A program made the translations under genes and the position numbers. DNA of 64,000 nucleotides from Heteronotia binoei (taxonomy: Eukaryota), in the NCBI RefSeq assembly GCF_032191835.1, contig NC_083223.1:140554001-140618000 (forward strand). Direction: 5' to 3'. Of this stretch, positions 46,188 to 58,765 are shown in pieces (position 1 is the stretch's first letter; the number at the start of each line of letters is the position of its first letter). A model generated the notes under the pieces. That model saw only the letters and a program-made list of their open reading frames with translations, did no database searches and was not told the origin of the DNA.

Positions 46188-49100
46188 TTAGTCTTCAATT
46201 GCTCCAGAGTGAACAGCATCTTCATAACACCCACCTTTATCATTTTTACTTTCAGGGTGCAACTTAATAAGGTCATCAATTCGGAGAATAGTAATTGCTG
46301 CTTCTGTTGCAAACTTCAGACTCTTGGTTTTGACCATGGTAGGCTCAAAGACACCAGCCTGCTTATTATCACGTGGCTTTCCATTGATTAAATCAAGGCC
46401 AATCCTGCAAGAACACAGAAGCACGAACAGTTGTGATACTGATATATAAATTTTAATATGACCTTATCCTAAACCATAAAGTAAGACCCACTTTGAATGT
46501 TTCTAAACTACATAAAAGGACAATACCTGCTTAATTTCAGTTCACTCTCTCCATCAACGAACATAGCTATGACATACCACTAGCTGGAGGCAAATGGTTT
46601 AAAATCAATATGTCAAAAGAATTACTGCTTTTATGATAAATGGTAAAACTAGGAATAAGCATTTAATAGCCGTCAGCTATTATGTCACCAAGGAGCCCCG
46701 TGGCGCAGCTGCAGTACTGCAGCCCTAAGCACTGCTCACGACCAGAGTTCAATCTCGGTGGAAGCTGAGTTCAGGTAGCCAGCTTGAGGCTGACCCAGCC
46801 TTCCATCCTGCCGAGGTCGGTAAATGAGTACCCAGCTTGCTGGAGGGAAAGTGTAGATGACTGGGGAAGGCAATGGCAAAACCACCGCATAAAAAGTCTG
46901 CCATGAAAACGTCGTGAAAGCAACTTCACCCCAGAGTCAGAAACGACTGGTGCTTGCACAGGGGACTGCTTTTACCTTTATTATGTCACCAACCCCTTTA
47001 ATTGTTCCATTTATCACAGACACCTACCATTTCAGATTTTTCCGTTCAGGATTAACTTGAGCTTCGTTATGAAATGCCCTGAGTTTTGCAACAAGATCTA
47101 TGGCATCTTGGGCAGCATTGACTGCTAAAGTATTTGGAATTACTAGGAGGGATCTTGCAAATTCCGCAATAGCAAGCTGTTCACGTGATCCCTAATTAAA
47201 AAAGAAAAAAAAACCTTCACTCTACAGTTCAGTAACAAAAATGAGAAACACGTATGGGGGATGTAGTTCTGGGTAGCAGTGTGCACAAGCAAGATCTTGG
47301 AATACAGGTGGATGATAAGTTAAATATGAGCAGCCAGTGTGATACAGCGACAAAAAAGGCAAATGCCATCTTGGGGTGTATCAACAGAGGTATAACTTCC
47401 AGATTGCAAGATGTCATAGTTCTGCTGTACACTACATTGGTCAGGCCACACCTGGAGTATTGTGTGCAGTTCCGGAGGCCTCACTTCAGGAAGTATGTGG
47501 ACAGGGTAGGTGCAGAGGAGAGCGATGAGGATGATCAGGGGCCTGGAGACTAAGCCCTATGAGGAAAGACTGAGAGACTCTGGAATGTTCAGTCTGGAGA
47601 AGAGGAGGTTGAAGGGGCACATGACTGCTCTCACGTATTTGAAGGGCTGTCACTTAGAGGAGGGCAGGGAGCTATTCCTGCTGGCAGCAGAGAAGACGTG
47701 TAGTAAATAAATTAAGAGTGGGAAGGTATCAAATAGATATTAGGAAAAACTTTTTTTACAGTAAGAGTTGTTCGACACTGGAATCAGCAACTGAGGGAGG
47801 TGGTGTGCTCCCCCTCACTGGCAGTCTTTAAGCAGTGGCTGGACAAATACTGGTCAGGGATGCTCTAAGTTGATCCTGTATTGAGCAGGGGATTGGACTA
47901 GATAGCCTGTATGGCCCCTTTTAACTATGCTTTTGCTGTTAGATCACTGGAATCCAGATCAGCACAACTTTAAGTACTGCATTAATACAATAAAAGAACT
48001 ATTTTACAGACACTGATCTGGATTCCAGTGATCTAACAGCAAAAAGCATAAAGAGCTACAAATAGTCCTATCCACTGCAGCAGTCCTTTCTAGCCCTGGA
48101 AGTTTATTCCCAGGTTGCAGGATCTGCATGAACGAAAGAATGCGAGGGGGAAGGTGACAGGGATGAAACTGTCCTTCTTGAAAGAATTGCAGAAGTCCAG
48201 AAATCAACTTTCTTAGTGTCAGAAAAGATTGGTGAGGGAAGCAGAAAGTGGGGAAAATCCATGATCCTTGCGTTGGGTACAACCCAATGAGTGTTTTTGT
48301 TCTGTACAGTAACATCCTACCATCTCCATTTCAGTTTAGAAATGTGGCTGCTCTCAAGAATTGGCAACACCAAGGTGACATGCAAAAGTATTCTCTGTTA
48401 AACATTAATTGGATCACTTACCATGCTAGTTGCATAATTCTCTAGATAAATGGAAAGTGCTGCTTCAACAGCTCCACCTCCTGGTACAACAGACTTTGAC
48501 TCTAGTACTCTTTTGACAACACAAAGAGCATCATGCAGAGATCGCTCCATCTCATCACACATGAAGTCATTTGCTCCTCGTAATATTATGGAGGCTGATG
48601 TTCGTGCCTTAGTACTGTAATGGAGATATGAGAATCTGTTTTCTCATAATTTGCAAGCATCTATTCTTGCCTCACTAGTTATACTTGATACCATATATTC
48701 ATTATGCTGCTAATAAAGACTAAATTCAATGTCCAGGTCCATCAATAAAGGGGAGACATTTCCCATCTCACCAACTCAATTACAGATGGCCAGTGATCAT
48801 TTATCCCACGCGTATAACTGCTCATGCCACTAAAACAGCATGGCAGCAATTAAATGGGAAACTTTCAAAAAGTGAAGCAAAATTAAATGTTATGTATTAA
48901 GTTTAAAAGTTTTCTTACTTCTTGATTAAGATCAATTCATCATCACAAATTCTCTCTTGAACCACTTCTTCTGCCTGCCCCAGCATTGATGCTTCAAAAG
49001 TTTCTTCACCTTCCAGGTTTGCCAGGGTAGAACAAATTGTGGCTTATAAAGACAAAAAAAACTTTTAATACACAAAACCACATATTCTAATTACACCAAA

Positions 49101-52100
49101 CAGTCCCAAACAAAAACTAAGGTTTCCTAGCCCAAGGGTGATTACTAATACTATTCCACATATTTGAGTTTTCCATTAAAAAGACAAAACTGTGGCTTGG
49201 ATTTAAAGTGCACATTTCCACATCCTGAGCTATAAATTACCTCCAGCAGCCTTAGCAATGCGTTTGAGATCTCTTTTTAGAACTCTGCGTACTGCCATGG
49301 CACCAGCATCCACAAAGTATTTCAGACACATATCATCAATGCCACCAGTGGTCAGAACAACATTGGCACCTGTAGCCAAGATCTTCTGAATTCTCTCTTT
49401 AGTGATGTCAGCTTCTCTGCATAAGATAATGCATATAAATTAGTTAAGACCAACTTTATTCAAATTCAAGATCAGTAGTAAAGCTATAAAGAAAAGATGC
49501 TCAGAAATACCAAAATGCTGAGATATCAACCTGCTGAGATTTAATGCATATTCCCCCACTGTATTTATTAGCATAATAAAGTTGCATCTCAGCCGTGAAA
49601 ACAATGGAAGAATACCTCAAACTATGTACTAGGGAATTCCCTGGAAGATGATCAAAGGTTCCTAAATGTTAAGTTCAGTAATAGTAAGATGGGCTTCCCT
49701 GAAAGGCATCTTTGCCAACATAACCACCATCTAAGATAAGCAATCTGTTCCTCTGAATACTGGTTCAGATCTGTGTTCCACTTCCCAACCAATTTTAGCT
49801 ACGAGCACACTTGATATAGTAAAAACACAACCTAAAACTACCTAACTCTAGCACCAAGCCACCTGTGATCTTGCTTCCATATGAATCATTGTATTTCTGT
49901 CTACTTTAGAGGAAAGGGGGCTCGGGAACCCTCTCCCCAGCTATAGCAAGATGTCCTTACAGCTTGCTATATAGGTACAAAAAAGGAGACAGAATTTTGC
50001 CGACTAGATGACCGTAAGTGGATGGGGGTACACAAATGTTGCTCTACAGCAGTGTTACACTATGAATATATATAATCTGAAGTTCTTTATGCATATGAAC
50101 TCTCAATAGAACCCATGAGAAACTGATGCAGCAAACAACCCTCAGCTTTAGGCCACAAAACAGAAAGCTGCTGGATCCTGAGTGGTTTTTCAGCAGGAAA
50201 GAAGCACTGTTCTGAAGATATGAGACAGGAGAAACTGGTTTAAATCTCTCCCACATTAACAACAGTTGAGATTAAAACCTATAGAAGTACAGTTACCATT
50301 GCTGTTCTTTTAATAATTAACTGAGAATGAACTAGCTCATACTCACAAAAGCTCATACTCTGCCACAATTTTTGTTAGCCTTTAAAGTGCTACTAGGCTC
50401 TTGCTCTTTTGAACTGGCTTCTGTACAGTTCAGCAAGCTATAATTTAGAAAAGAATGCTATGTAATTCTTATGCCTTCAGGTTTTAATTGTATTATCTCC
50501 CCACATGTTCCCCAGAGGGTACTTAGATCTGGATCGCAGAATTTACTGTTAATCCCCAGGCTGAGGGAGGCGAGACTGAAGGCTACCAGAGAAAGAGCCT
50601 TCTCAATTGCTGCCCTCCACTGATGGAACCAACTCCCAGAAGATGTAAGGGCCTTGCGGGACCTTGCCCAGTTCCACAAGGCCTGTAAAACAGCTCTATT
50701 TCGACTTGCCTTTAGTTAAACTACAGTATAAGTAGATGACCAACATCGCTGAATGTAATGGTACCAACACTAGCACCAAAAGTTGTTTTAAACTATTTTA
50801 AACTGTTTTAAATTGTTAATTGGTAATGATTGTTAATTTTAATTGTTTGATTACTGTTTTATTGTTTGGGGTTGATTGTTGTTAGCTGCCCGCGGGGAGG
50901 GCGGGATATAAATACGAGGAATAAATAAATAAATTTAATATACAGAAATGATATTTCCAATAATCTTTCCAATTAATGATAAAAATCAAAGATGATAAAC
51001 TCCTAAACTTATTATGTATGACTGTCCAGTAAAGAGCTTAGAACTACACATTCAACAGTTTAAAAGTTTGTTTTTTAAAATCCACACAGCATACCTCTGC
51101 CTGATCTGGTCCAGTTTCTCAGGGTCTGTAATAACCACCTGAACACCAAGCTTCATTTTAGTTTTTTGCAGGCTGAAGTCAAGACATGCAATCTTCGCAT
51201 TAACTATTCTTTTGATCATGCCTAAAAAATAAAGTACACCTAAGATCCTTTATCCAAATATACTTTTATAACACTGAAAAACTTCAACGTATTTAATTTA
51301 CAGGATTTACACTGTAGTTACATGGTATTATACAAAACACAGTAAATTCCAGAAAGTGAGTTCCAGCTACATCCCTCTGGGAGAGGGGGAGGGGAAGAAA
51401 GATCTTAACCTTACCTTGGGATCCCACAACACAGTTCAACGCGTAGCCATTTACAAGAATGCTCTCTTTCTGACTGCGGCCATGTGCCTTTAAAACATTA
51501 ATGGAATTGATGGGATAACGTGCTTGCCCTTTTTGATCTGTATATTTAACGGCAAGAGCAGCATCCACTACCATGTTTGCAAAGAAATCACTGTCACTGA
51601 AAGAAGACTATTAAGGCAAATAAGGGCAGTTGTATCAAGAATTCATGAAATTTACAGCACACACATTAAGGTAACTTAACCAATCAGCAGAGCAGCCTTT
51701 TAACATAGCAAAGGCCAATACCATTTTACAGATGCTGGTTCTGTAAAACAACATTCTCCATTATGCAAATATCTTCACAACAGCAAAGAATAAACTGATA
51801 AAACAGCAAGGCCAATGACAAAGTAGTTTTCCGTATAGGCATACAGAAAGATGTGTCTTCTAAAATAATCAAAGGGAAAAAACACTGAAAATGCCTCAAA
51901 ATGAACAAAATGTTGAGAGTTAATTACCATCCACTAAGAAAAAGAGGGCAGAGGGAATCAGCCTGCTCAAGAACAGAATTTTGAAGAGCAAGATTCCTCC
52001 ATCCTCATAATTTATCACAGCCCCCACCCTGTACCCTCTAGTAGTCAATTGCCTATACCCTGGATGAATCACAAAAGCAGCCAGAAACAAAGGAAATTAT

Positions 52101-55100
52101 GTATACCTGTGGGAAGCCTAGGGACACAAAAATGTGTTGATTTCCCACTGGACCTCATAATGGAGAGACAAATCGCAAAACAATTTAGAGACTTCCTATG
52201 TACACAGCCATCCCAACAGAAATCAGGCCAGCACAAGTCCCGTAAACCTTCATTTTATTTATTCACCTGAGAAAGCAGCAAGGACCATCTCTTCATGTCT
52301 GGATTTTAGTTTCCATACATACTTTGTTCCAGCTTTTCGTTGTGAATCAAAAGGATACACTCCAATGATTTTGGAGGACATAGATGTTTTAGCTGCATTA
52401 ATCAGACAGTCCCTGCCAAGTTCATCTGAGTTAATAACAAGATTTTCATTGATGTAACGAACTGCTTCCCTGTTCAACACAAAAATATTTCCCCAGAATT
52501 GTTTAGAATTTCATTTACTAGTGCAAAGTTATTCTAACATTCTCAGTTGTTTGCCTGTTTACTTATACAAGTTATATAAACCTTATATTAAGGAACAGAA
52601 TCTACCTTGTAACAGCATATTAAAAAACAGTATTTACTTTTGTAAATGATGCAAGGACTGAAAAAAGACTGAGTGGACCATCAGCATTTTGCCATCACAA
52701 TGTCAAAGGAAATTAATAGGCAAGGCTAAAATTGCTTGCCAGTACATATAAACATTTCTTACTTGCAAGCAAGACGATATCCACTAATGATGGAAGTAGG
52801 ATGAATTTTCTGTTTCACCAATTCATCTGCATTTTTCAACAGTTCTGCAGCAATAATTACCTGTCATAAAAGATGCATGATTATGCAAAGAACACAAAAG
52901 TACTCAGTGTTCAAAGAACACTCAATGAAAAACAGAATACCATTTCAGTTAAGAGGAAATAAGTGTTAATACAAGTTACTTTATATACAATTTAGTATAT
53001 AACTTACTGTAGAGGTGGGAACCCTCAGAGGCATTTAGGCCAGTGCAGACCTTCTAAACATAGTCCCTATCCTGTTTTGTCCAATTCCTAGAGTAAATCA
53101 TAGGGGCCAGCACTGGAAGTTCTAAGAAACAAAGGCTGACTCAAAGGGCTTTCCAGGGATAGAAATCGGGGAGTGGCAGAAGTAGGCAGACAAAATATGA
53201 GAAGTAGATCCTAGAGATGCTTTATTGCTTCTGCTGTTAGTGAAGCCACCATTTTTCTCATGCAAGAACTAAGGAAGAAAGCTGCCGCTGCTTTTGACGA
53301 TAAAGTAGTGATTGATCTACTTCCCATTTTGTTTTTATGTGATTGTTGGAGAGGAGCATAGGCTTCTCACATGTTACACTTTGTCATCTACTGCTAAAGC
53401 TGGAAGGAGGGAGTTGCACAGTGTAGAAACAGATTTGTTCCTATGTTAATGTGAAGGTGCTAATCTCTCTAGGTAAGTCACTATTTAATCAAGACAAAAC
53501 AGTTTTATGCATGATTCAGAATTGGGAAGTATACACATTTGTTATGCACATACACATTATGGTAGTTAAGAAACAGCAGAAGTGTTATTTCTCAATTTCA
53601 AACTGCTCCATTCTATCACAGGTAGCTGACAAAGGCAACTTTGAATCCCGAAAGCTTACCTGAAAATCTTGTTAAATCTCAAAGATGCTACTGGACTCGA
53701 ATCTAGCTGTTCTACTGCAGACCCAACTAGGTTATCCTCTGAAACTGCTCCATCCTTTAGTTTACTTTATATCAGTTTGCAAGAAAAACTGTTGTATAAT
53801 ATTGCTAAGCAAGCTAAACTGCAGGTTGTCTTACAATCTGAATTGTTCTCTAACTACATGTTCTGCCATTGCATATAGAAAGAAGACAGTATCATTCTTC
53901 TCCTTCAGACTTTGGCAGGCTGTTTTTTTATCCCATAAGCATAGCCACCTATTTTGTAGAGCAAATAGACAGCAGTCAAATGGGAAAGGTTTGCTTGGGA
54001 GTTTTAACAGTAAAAAGAATGTAGACTAAATGATTACCAAAAATATTGAGTTCAAGTCTACGTAATTATTAAAAAGGTAAAGGTAGTCCCCTGTGCAAGC
54101 ACCAGTCGTTTCCAATTTTGGGGTGATGTCACATCACGTTTTCACGGCAGACCTTTTTATGGGGTGGTTTGCCACTGCCTTCCCCAGTCATCTACACTTT
54201 CCCCCCACCAAGCTGGGTACTCATTTTACTGACCTCGGAAGGATGAAAGGCTAAGTCAACCTCGAGCCAGCTACCTGAACCCAACTTCTGCTGGGATCGA
54301 ACTCAGGATGTGACATCATCCCAGATGTGACATCACCTCAGGATGTGACATCAGGATGAGAGCTCAGACTCTGCAGTACTGCAGCTTTACGACTCTGCGC
54401 CATGGGGCTCCATGTAATTATATTGACAGAATATATTGGCCTGTGTCTTACCTCTACACGTTTTTCTGTATGCTTTTTTACAGCCTGTTCTGAAAGATCA
54501 TTCCCAGGGTCATTGGACCCATAAACTAGCCACATGAGTTGGGAGAGTTGGAGTGAAGAAGGACAAGAGGGTGAATCACTCCTTCCTCTTCCAAAAGCAC
54601 ATTTTGCTGAGGAAAAGGGTCAAGTTCATCCTCCTCACTATAACTGTTCCTACGCATAGCTCCTACAGTCCCAGAAATTCTCTTTCCAGGAGTCAGAGGG
54701 GGGGCTCTAGGAACAGAGAGGACTGTGGGAAAACTTCCATGCATGGCCTGTTGGAAACAACCTGACAATACCAATACACAAACCAACGCCACTGAATTTC
54801 AATTGCAGACTAAGGCTGCAGTCCCAAACAAGTCAAGTGCAAACTAAACCTACTGAATTCTATGGGACTTACTTCCACATAATAATTAGAAGTACACAAT
54901 GTGAACATAAATCCTCAGACTCAACAAGCCATTTAATGACTGCTTCAATTATCAATTTTACATAAACAGAAAATCACATATATGAAACAGAGGCTTTAAA
55001 ATTATAAACTCCATAAAAAACCAGATACTTCTACACTTTTTGGCTGTGATGTTAGAATGATGTTCAAACCTTCAAGCCAATAAAAGTTAGATGAATTTTG

Positions 55101-58100
55101 GCAATTATTTAAATAATGTGGAAAAACTTGAGAGCACCACAGATTTCAAAATTACAGGACAACAGTATAGAACAATGACTTGCAGTCAAAACCTTTCCAT
55201 ATATACACATACCACAGAGGTGGTCCCATCTCCTACTTCTTTGTCTTGTAGATCTGCTAGTTCACACAGAACTTTTGCAGCAGGATGCTCTACCTCCAGT
55301 AACTTCAGAATGGTTGCACCATCATTCGTGATGGTCACATCCTAGTTATCCAAACATGGCAAAACATTATTTATGTTCATTTAGCATTGCTTATGATAAC
55401 AAAATCTAACTATCAAAATAAAAAATACTGACAAGTTATGCAAACATCATTACTAAATCAAGGATGTCAAATATGCGGCTCAGGGGCCAAATCAGGCCCT
55501 TGGAGGACTCCTATCAGGCCCCTGAGCAACTGGCTTTCATCTGCTTCCTTCTCCCTCTCGTTTGCTTCCTTGTGCATAAGTTTGCTTTGCAAGGCTTGCT
55601 CAATCGCACAGGAGCTACAGTGCAAAGACTTTCTCCATTGGCTCCTCTCTTGGGGAGAAAGGGAGAGTTTACTTTCCAGGCTCTCCCAACTGCACAGTAG
55701 AGCTAATGAGCCAAGCCTCTCTTCCTTCTATTGGCTAAGGCTCTTCCCACTCCTGGTCCCCTGGGGAAGGAAGGGAAGAGCCAGAGCTTCCTTTGCCCAG
55801 TTCCCTGGATCCTGTGGGAGAGATACAAAGAAAGCACCTTTAAGACCAACAAGTGCTAATGTTTTAAGCATGTTGTATATTAAGGTTTTTTAAAAAAATC
55901 TTTGTGTTTGTCTGTGTCCTTTATAAAGTTTATATCTCTGCTATCTAATCTTAAATAGCTACACGCATGGCACAGCCTGACATGGCTTGGCCCAACAAGG
56001 TCTCATTTATGTCAGATCCATCCCTCATAACATGAGTTTGACACCCCTAACCTAAATGTTTGAGTAACAAGTCTTTTGGCTATGCATGGGCTGGTTTGCT
56101 TAATGACCTTCTACAATGTACCTAACATATATTAATCTTCCAGGCATTTTTTCCTCCATTCACATTCCTGAATCACTTAAATCGCCAAGACAGCTATCTT
56201 ACACACACTAAGGGGAGTAAATCTTATTAAACATAGCTGGGCTAATTTATTAGGTAGAATACCTAAAAAATGGCATAAAGGATGATAGGATGATACTGAT
56301 CAACCAGAATGGGATCTGCCACTACAGCTTTTTCACTATTTCTTACTCACAAATTTTATATGAGCAGGGTAGTAATTGTTCTTTTCTGGTCATGTAAATA
56401 ACATGCAAATCTGCAAGGCTGCTGAGGATGATTTCTCAAATAGACATGCACATTATGAAATTCAATACTGCTTTTAACAAAGCTTTTAGTTGTGCTGACA
56501 AGACATTTTATGCAAATTATTTGATTGTGAGAAACAGAATTATTTCATATATCACAGAACACTCTGTGTAGACACAAGAAAGCCAATGGTTTCTCAATTT
56601 GCACAGAAACATGTACCTTATAAAAATCAGAATACTAAAAGCTTAAGATGATAGTTACCATAGTTTATATAGCAAAGAGTACAAATACCATTACAGAAGA
56701 TAGGTATAAAATTTCACCTTCAACATGTATCAGCTGAGCATACAACACACTTTCTAAAACCTCAATGAAAATACTGTTTACTTACTCCAATGTCATCCAC
56801 CAACATTTTATCCAAACCAACTGGACCAAGGGAACTCTTCACAATATTGGCAATGGAAGCAGCAGCAACAACTGTTTCAATAAAATACATACAACTTATT
56901 CATAAACAAAGTAAATCAAAGCCTTTTTAAAAAAGCAAAACAGTTCTGGGAAAATCCTGATTTCAAGACTGACAGTGCCTAGTTCCCACTGCACCTCTGC
57001 ATGTAGCCTGTATCACAAAAGTGCACAAGCAAGTTTCAAACTCATACACTATGCCTTAAACCTATGAACCAGATCCTTCACAGTCCATCAATCCATTTTT
57101 CATAATGGATGGATAAAATGAACGGAGTCTATTCATATAGCTATTTACTTGTTTACACCCAGTTTCATTACTAAAGCATTTTACAGGCACACAAATTTAA
57201 ATCTCCCTTTATCACATACACAAATGCACTGAGGCACAATATGAGCCAGAACAGTGTCACACTTGAAATGTGCTCTCTGTAAGACTGTTCTGCCATTCAC
57301 ATAGGAAAAAGATATCTTCCGCTTCAGACTCTGACAAGCTTTCACTTATCCCATAAGCATAACCACTTAATTTATAACATAAATGATCGCAAAATGGGAA
57401 AGATTCAGATCCCATTTGGACATAGATCTAAATAATCCCCTTAGTTTGGAAGCATTAACTACATGTGCCAATATAACAGATGAAGAAAACAAAGTTAGTT
57501 AATGAAATGGTTACTCCTCCCCTCTTACCACTGGCTTCTGCTAGCAGGTGAAGACTTTTTGTTTCACATGGCATTCCTACAGTAATCCCTCCTTACCTTA
57601 TGCTTTAATTTTCCTACATTTTAGTTTTATATACAAACTAATTTTATTTTTAACCAACATTATGATGTATTTTTATTATTCCGTTAGCCATCTTTGTAGC
57701 CCTGACAAGGAAGAAAACCAAAACATACAGGTTGTAAATGAAATAAACGTCAGTTTTTTGAAAATATGCCAATATCAAAAAAGCCACTATATAAATCCAA
57801 TCATGTAATTTAGGGTTAATTGTTTAAAAATTCTAAAAGCTGCTATTGAAACAGCAATCTTTCAGGCTACCAGTACCATATAAGGAAGTGATATCTACCA
57901 ACAGTTGTAAGACCTTCACTGTCGCAGTCACTCAGCAAACGCTTTTCATTAGGCTCAAAAGGGTTTTTATTTGTTTTAGGTCATAGATTACTCAGTTACT
58001 GTAATGAGGAGAACAGTATCTCATCAAGAGGGCATCGGACCCTATTATATCTAAACAGCTTAAACAGGATCTTGAAAGCAGCAACGTGTCGCCGGGAAGA

Positions 58101-58765
58101 AGTATTCATGGGGATAATAAGTAGTATTGCAAAGCATGTCCCTGCTAGAGTAAGGAAAATGCAATAAGTGACTGAATAAAAGTCAAACAAGTCACAGGAG
58201 AATAATTAACTATTTTGAAGGTACTGTACTAGCGAACATACTGAAAAGCTCCTTACAAAACCACAAAGGCCTCCTCAGAAGCTTAGACCAACCTACAGGA
58301 GAACAGTAAGATATGGGCGCTTTCAGACTTTCAATAAACTCGGTAACTGGATTTTGCTGTGTGAAACGATAAATCCACTTGCAAACAGTTGCCGAAGTAG
58401 ACTGAAAATGCATTATTTAGCTAGCGTGAAATGCAATATCTGAGGAGCTGGTAACGCTATTTCACCACATGAATTCCCTGCTTCTACTGAACTAAGAAAG
58501 CCTCAATTTGCCACCAACCCCTCGCCGCTGCATCTGCCGATTGCCCATTCCGCAGGGCCTGACAAGTCACGCACGGACAGAAAGGCGCCCCATTTTATCA
58601 TGAAAGCGCGCGCCTCAACTGTCCCCGACGCGACCGTTACCCAGAAAACGGGCCAGAAGATTGGAAAGACAAGGGGGATCTGTTGTCTTTACCGTTTTGG
58701 GTGCGAACGGTCTCTCCAGTGCCTCGGTCTCCGAGGACCGCCAAAGGCCCCTCCAGCGCCGCCAT
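46188..58765 (-). CDS. TCP1: T-complex protein 1 subunit alpha (CCT1), 559 aa: complement(join(46188..46404,47028..47191,48422..48614,48919..49042,49241..49416,51095..51221,51415..51596,52359..52469,52763..52860,55213..55341,56786..56871,58693..58765))
   Basis: Twelve exons join in frame (1680 bp): [14 protein letters not shown]..., [26 protein letters not shown], ...HSGAIED*. These are group II chaperonin motifs. Confidence 0.98.
46692..46978 (+). mobile_element. Sauria SINE in TCP1 intron 11
   Basis: ggagccccgtggcgcag head, (acctt)-type tail, 14-bp TSD tattatgtcaccaa (46678-46691 and 46979-46992). Confidence 0.9.
47245..47925 (+). mobile_element. CR1 LINE 3' fragment
   Basis: [20 protein letters not shown] and YEERLRD motifs. 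Confidence 0.88.
47928..48048. mobile_element. Short foldback element (probable Tc1/mariner-type MITE)
   Basis: Perfect 32-bp inverted arms (47931-47962 and 48013-48044); flanked by TA on both sides. Confidence 0.65.
48727..48861 (-). ncRNA. SNORA20: H/ACA snoRNA SNORA20 (ACA20) in TCP1 intron 9
   Basis: Minus strand reads TTCCCATTTAATTGCTGC...GAGCAGTTATACGCGTGGGATAAATGA...GGACATTG. H box AAATGA, ACA 3 nt from the end; matches my recollection of human ACA20, which is TCP1-hosted. Confidence 0.9.
50460..50930 (+). mobile_element. L2 LINE 3' end
   Basis: agagccttctc...tggaaccaactcccagaagatgtaagggcc and gggagggcgggatataaat tail. Confidence 0.8.
51597..52358 (-). other. TCP1: U12-type (minor spliceosome) GT-AG intron, TCP1 intron 5
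   Basis: Donor GTATCCTTTT at 52358; branch site CCTTAAT (51616-51610) about 12 nt before the acceptor AG. Confidence 0.9.
53856..53987 (-). ncRNA. SNORA29: H/ACA snoRNA SNORA29 (ACA29) in TCP1 intron 3
   Basis: TTTCCCATTTGACT...GTGGCTATGCTTATGGGATAAAAAA...TGGCAGAACATGT. Two hairpins with pockets, ANANNA H box and terminal ACA; similar to human ACA29, which is TCP1-hosted. Confidence 0.85.
54072..54410 (-). mobile_element. Sauria SINE in TCP1 intron 3
   Basis: aaaaaggtaaaggtagtcccctg...ggggctc, the reverse complement of the 46692 copy. Confidence 0.9.
55459..56049. mobile_element. hAT-Charlie-type MITE
   Basis: TIR caaggatgtcaaa / tttgacacccct; imperfect 8-bp TSD tactaaat / acctaaat. Confidence 0.75.
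57283..57401 (-). ncRNA. Divergent second SNORA29-like H/ACA RNA (or pseudogene) in TCP1 intron 1
   Basis: Shares TTTCCCATTT, GTGG(C/T)TATGCTTATGGGATAA, AGTCTGAAG and ATGGCAGAACA with the 53856-53987 copy. ACA box present; H box imperfect (AAGTGA). Confidence 0.7.

Noticed and set aside
49670-49795. Possible further H/ACA RNA in TCP1 intron 7 (minus strand ends ...AACATTT)
   Set aside because: No convincing two-hairpin fold or H box, and no similarity to the other three.
55438-55893. 151-aa ORF in TCP1 intron 2
   Set aside because: Lies within a hAT MITE; no transposase motifs.
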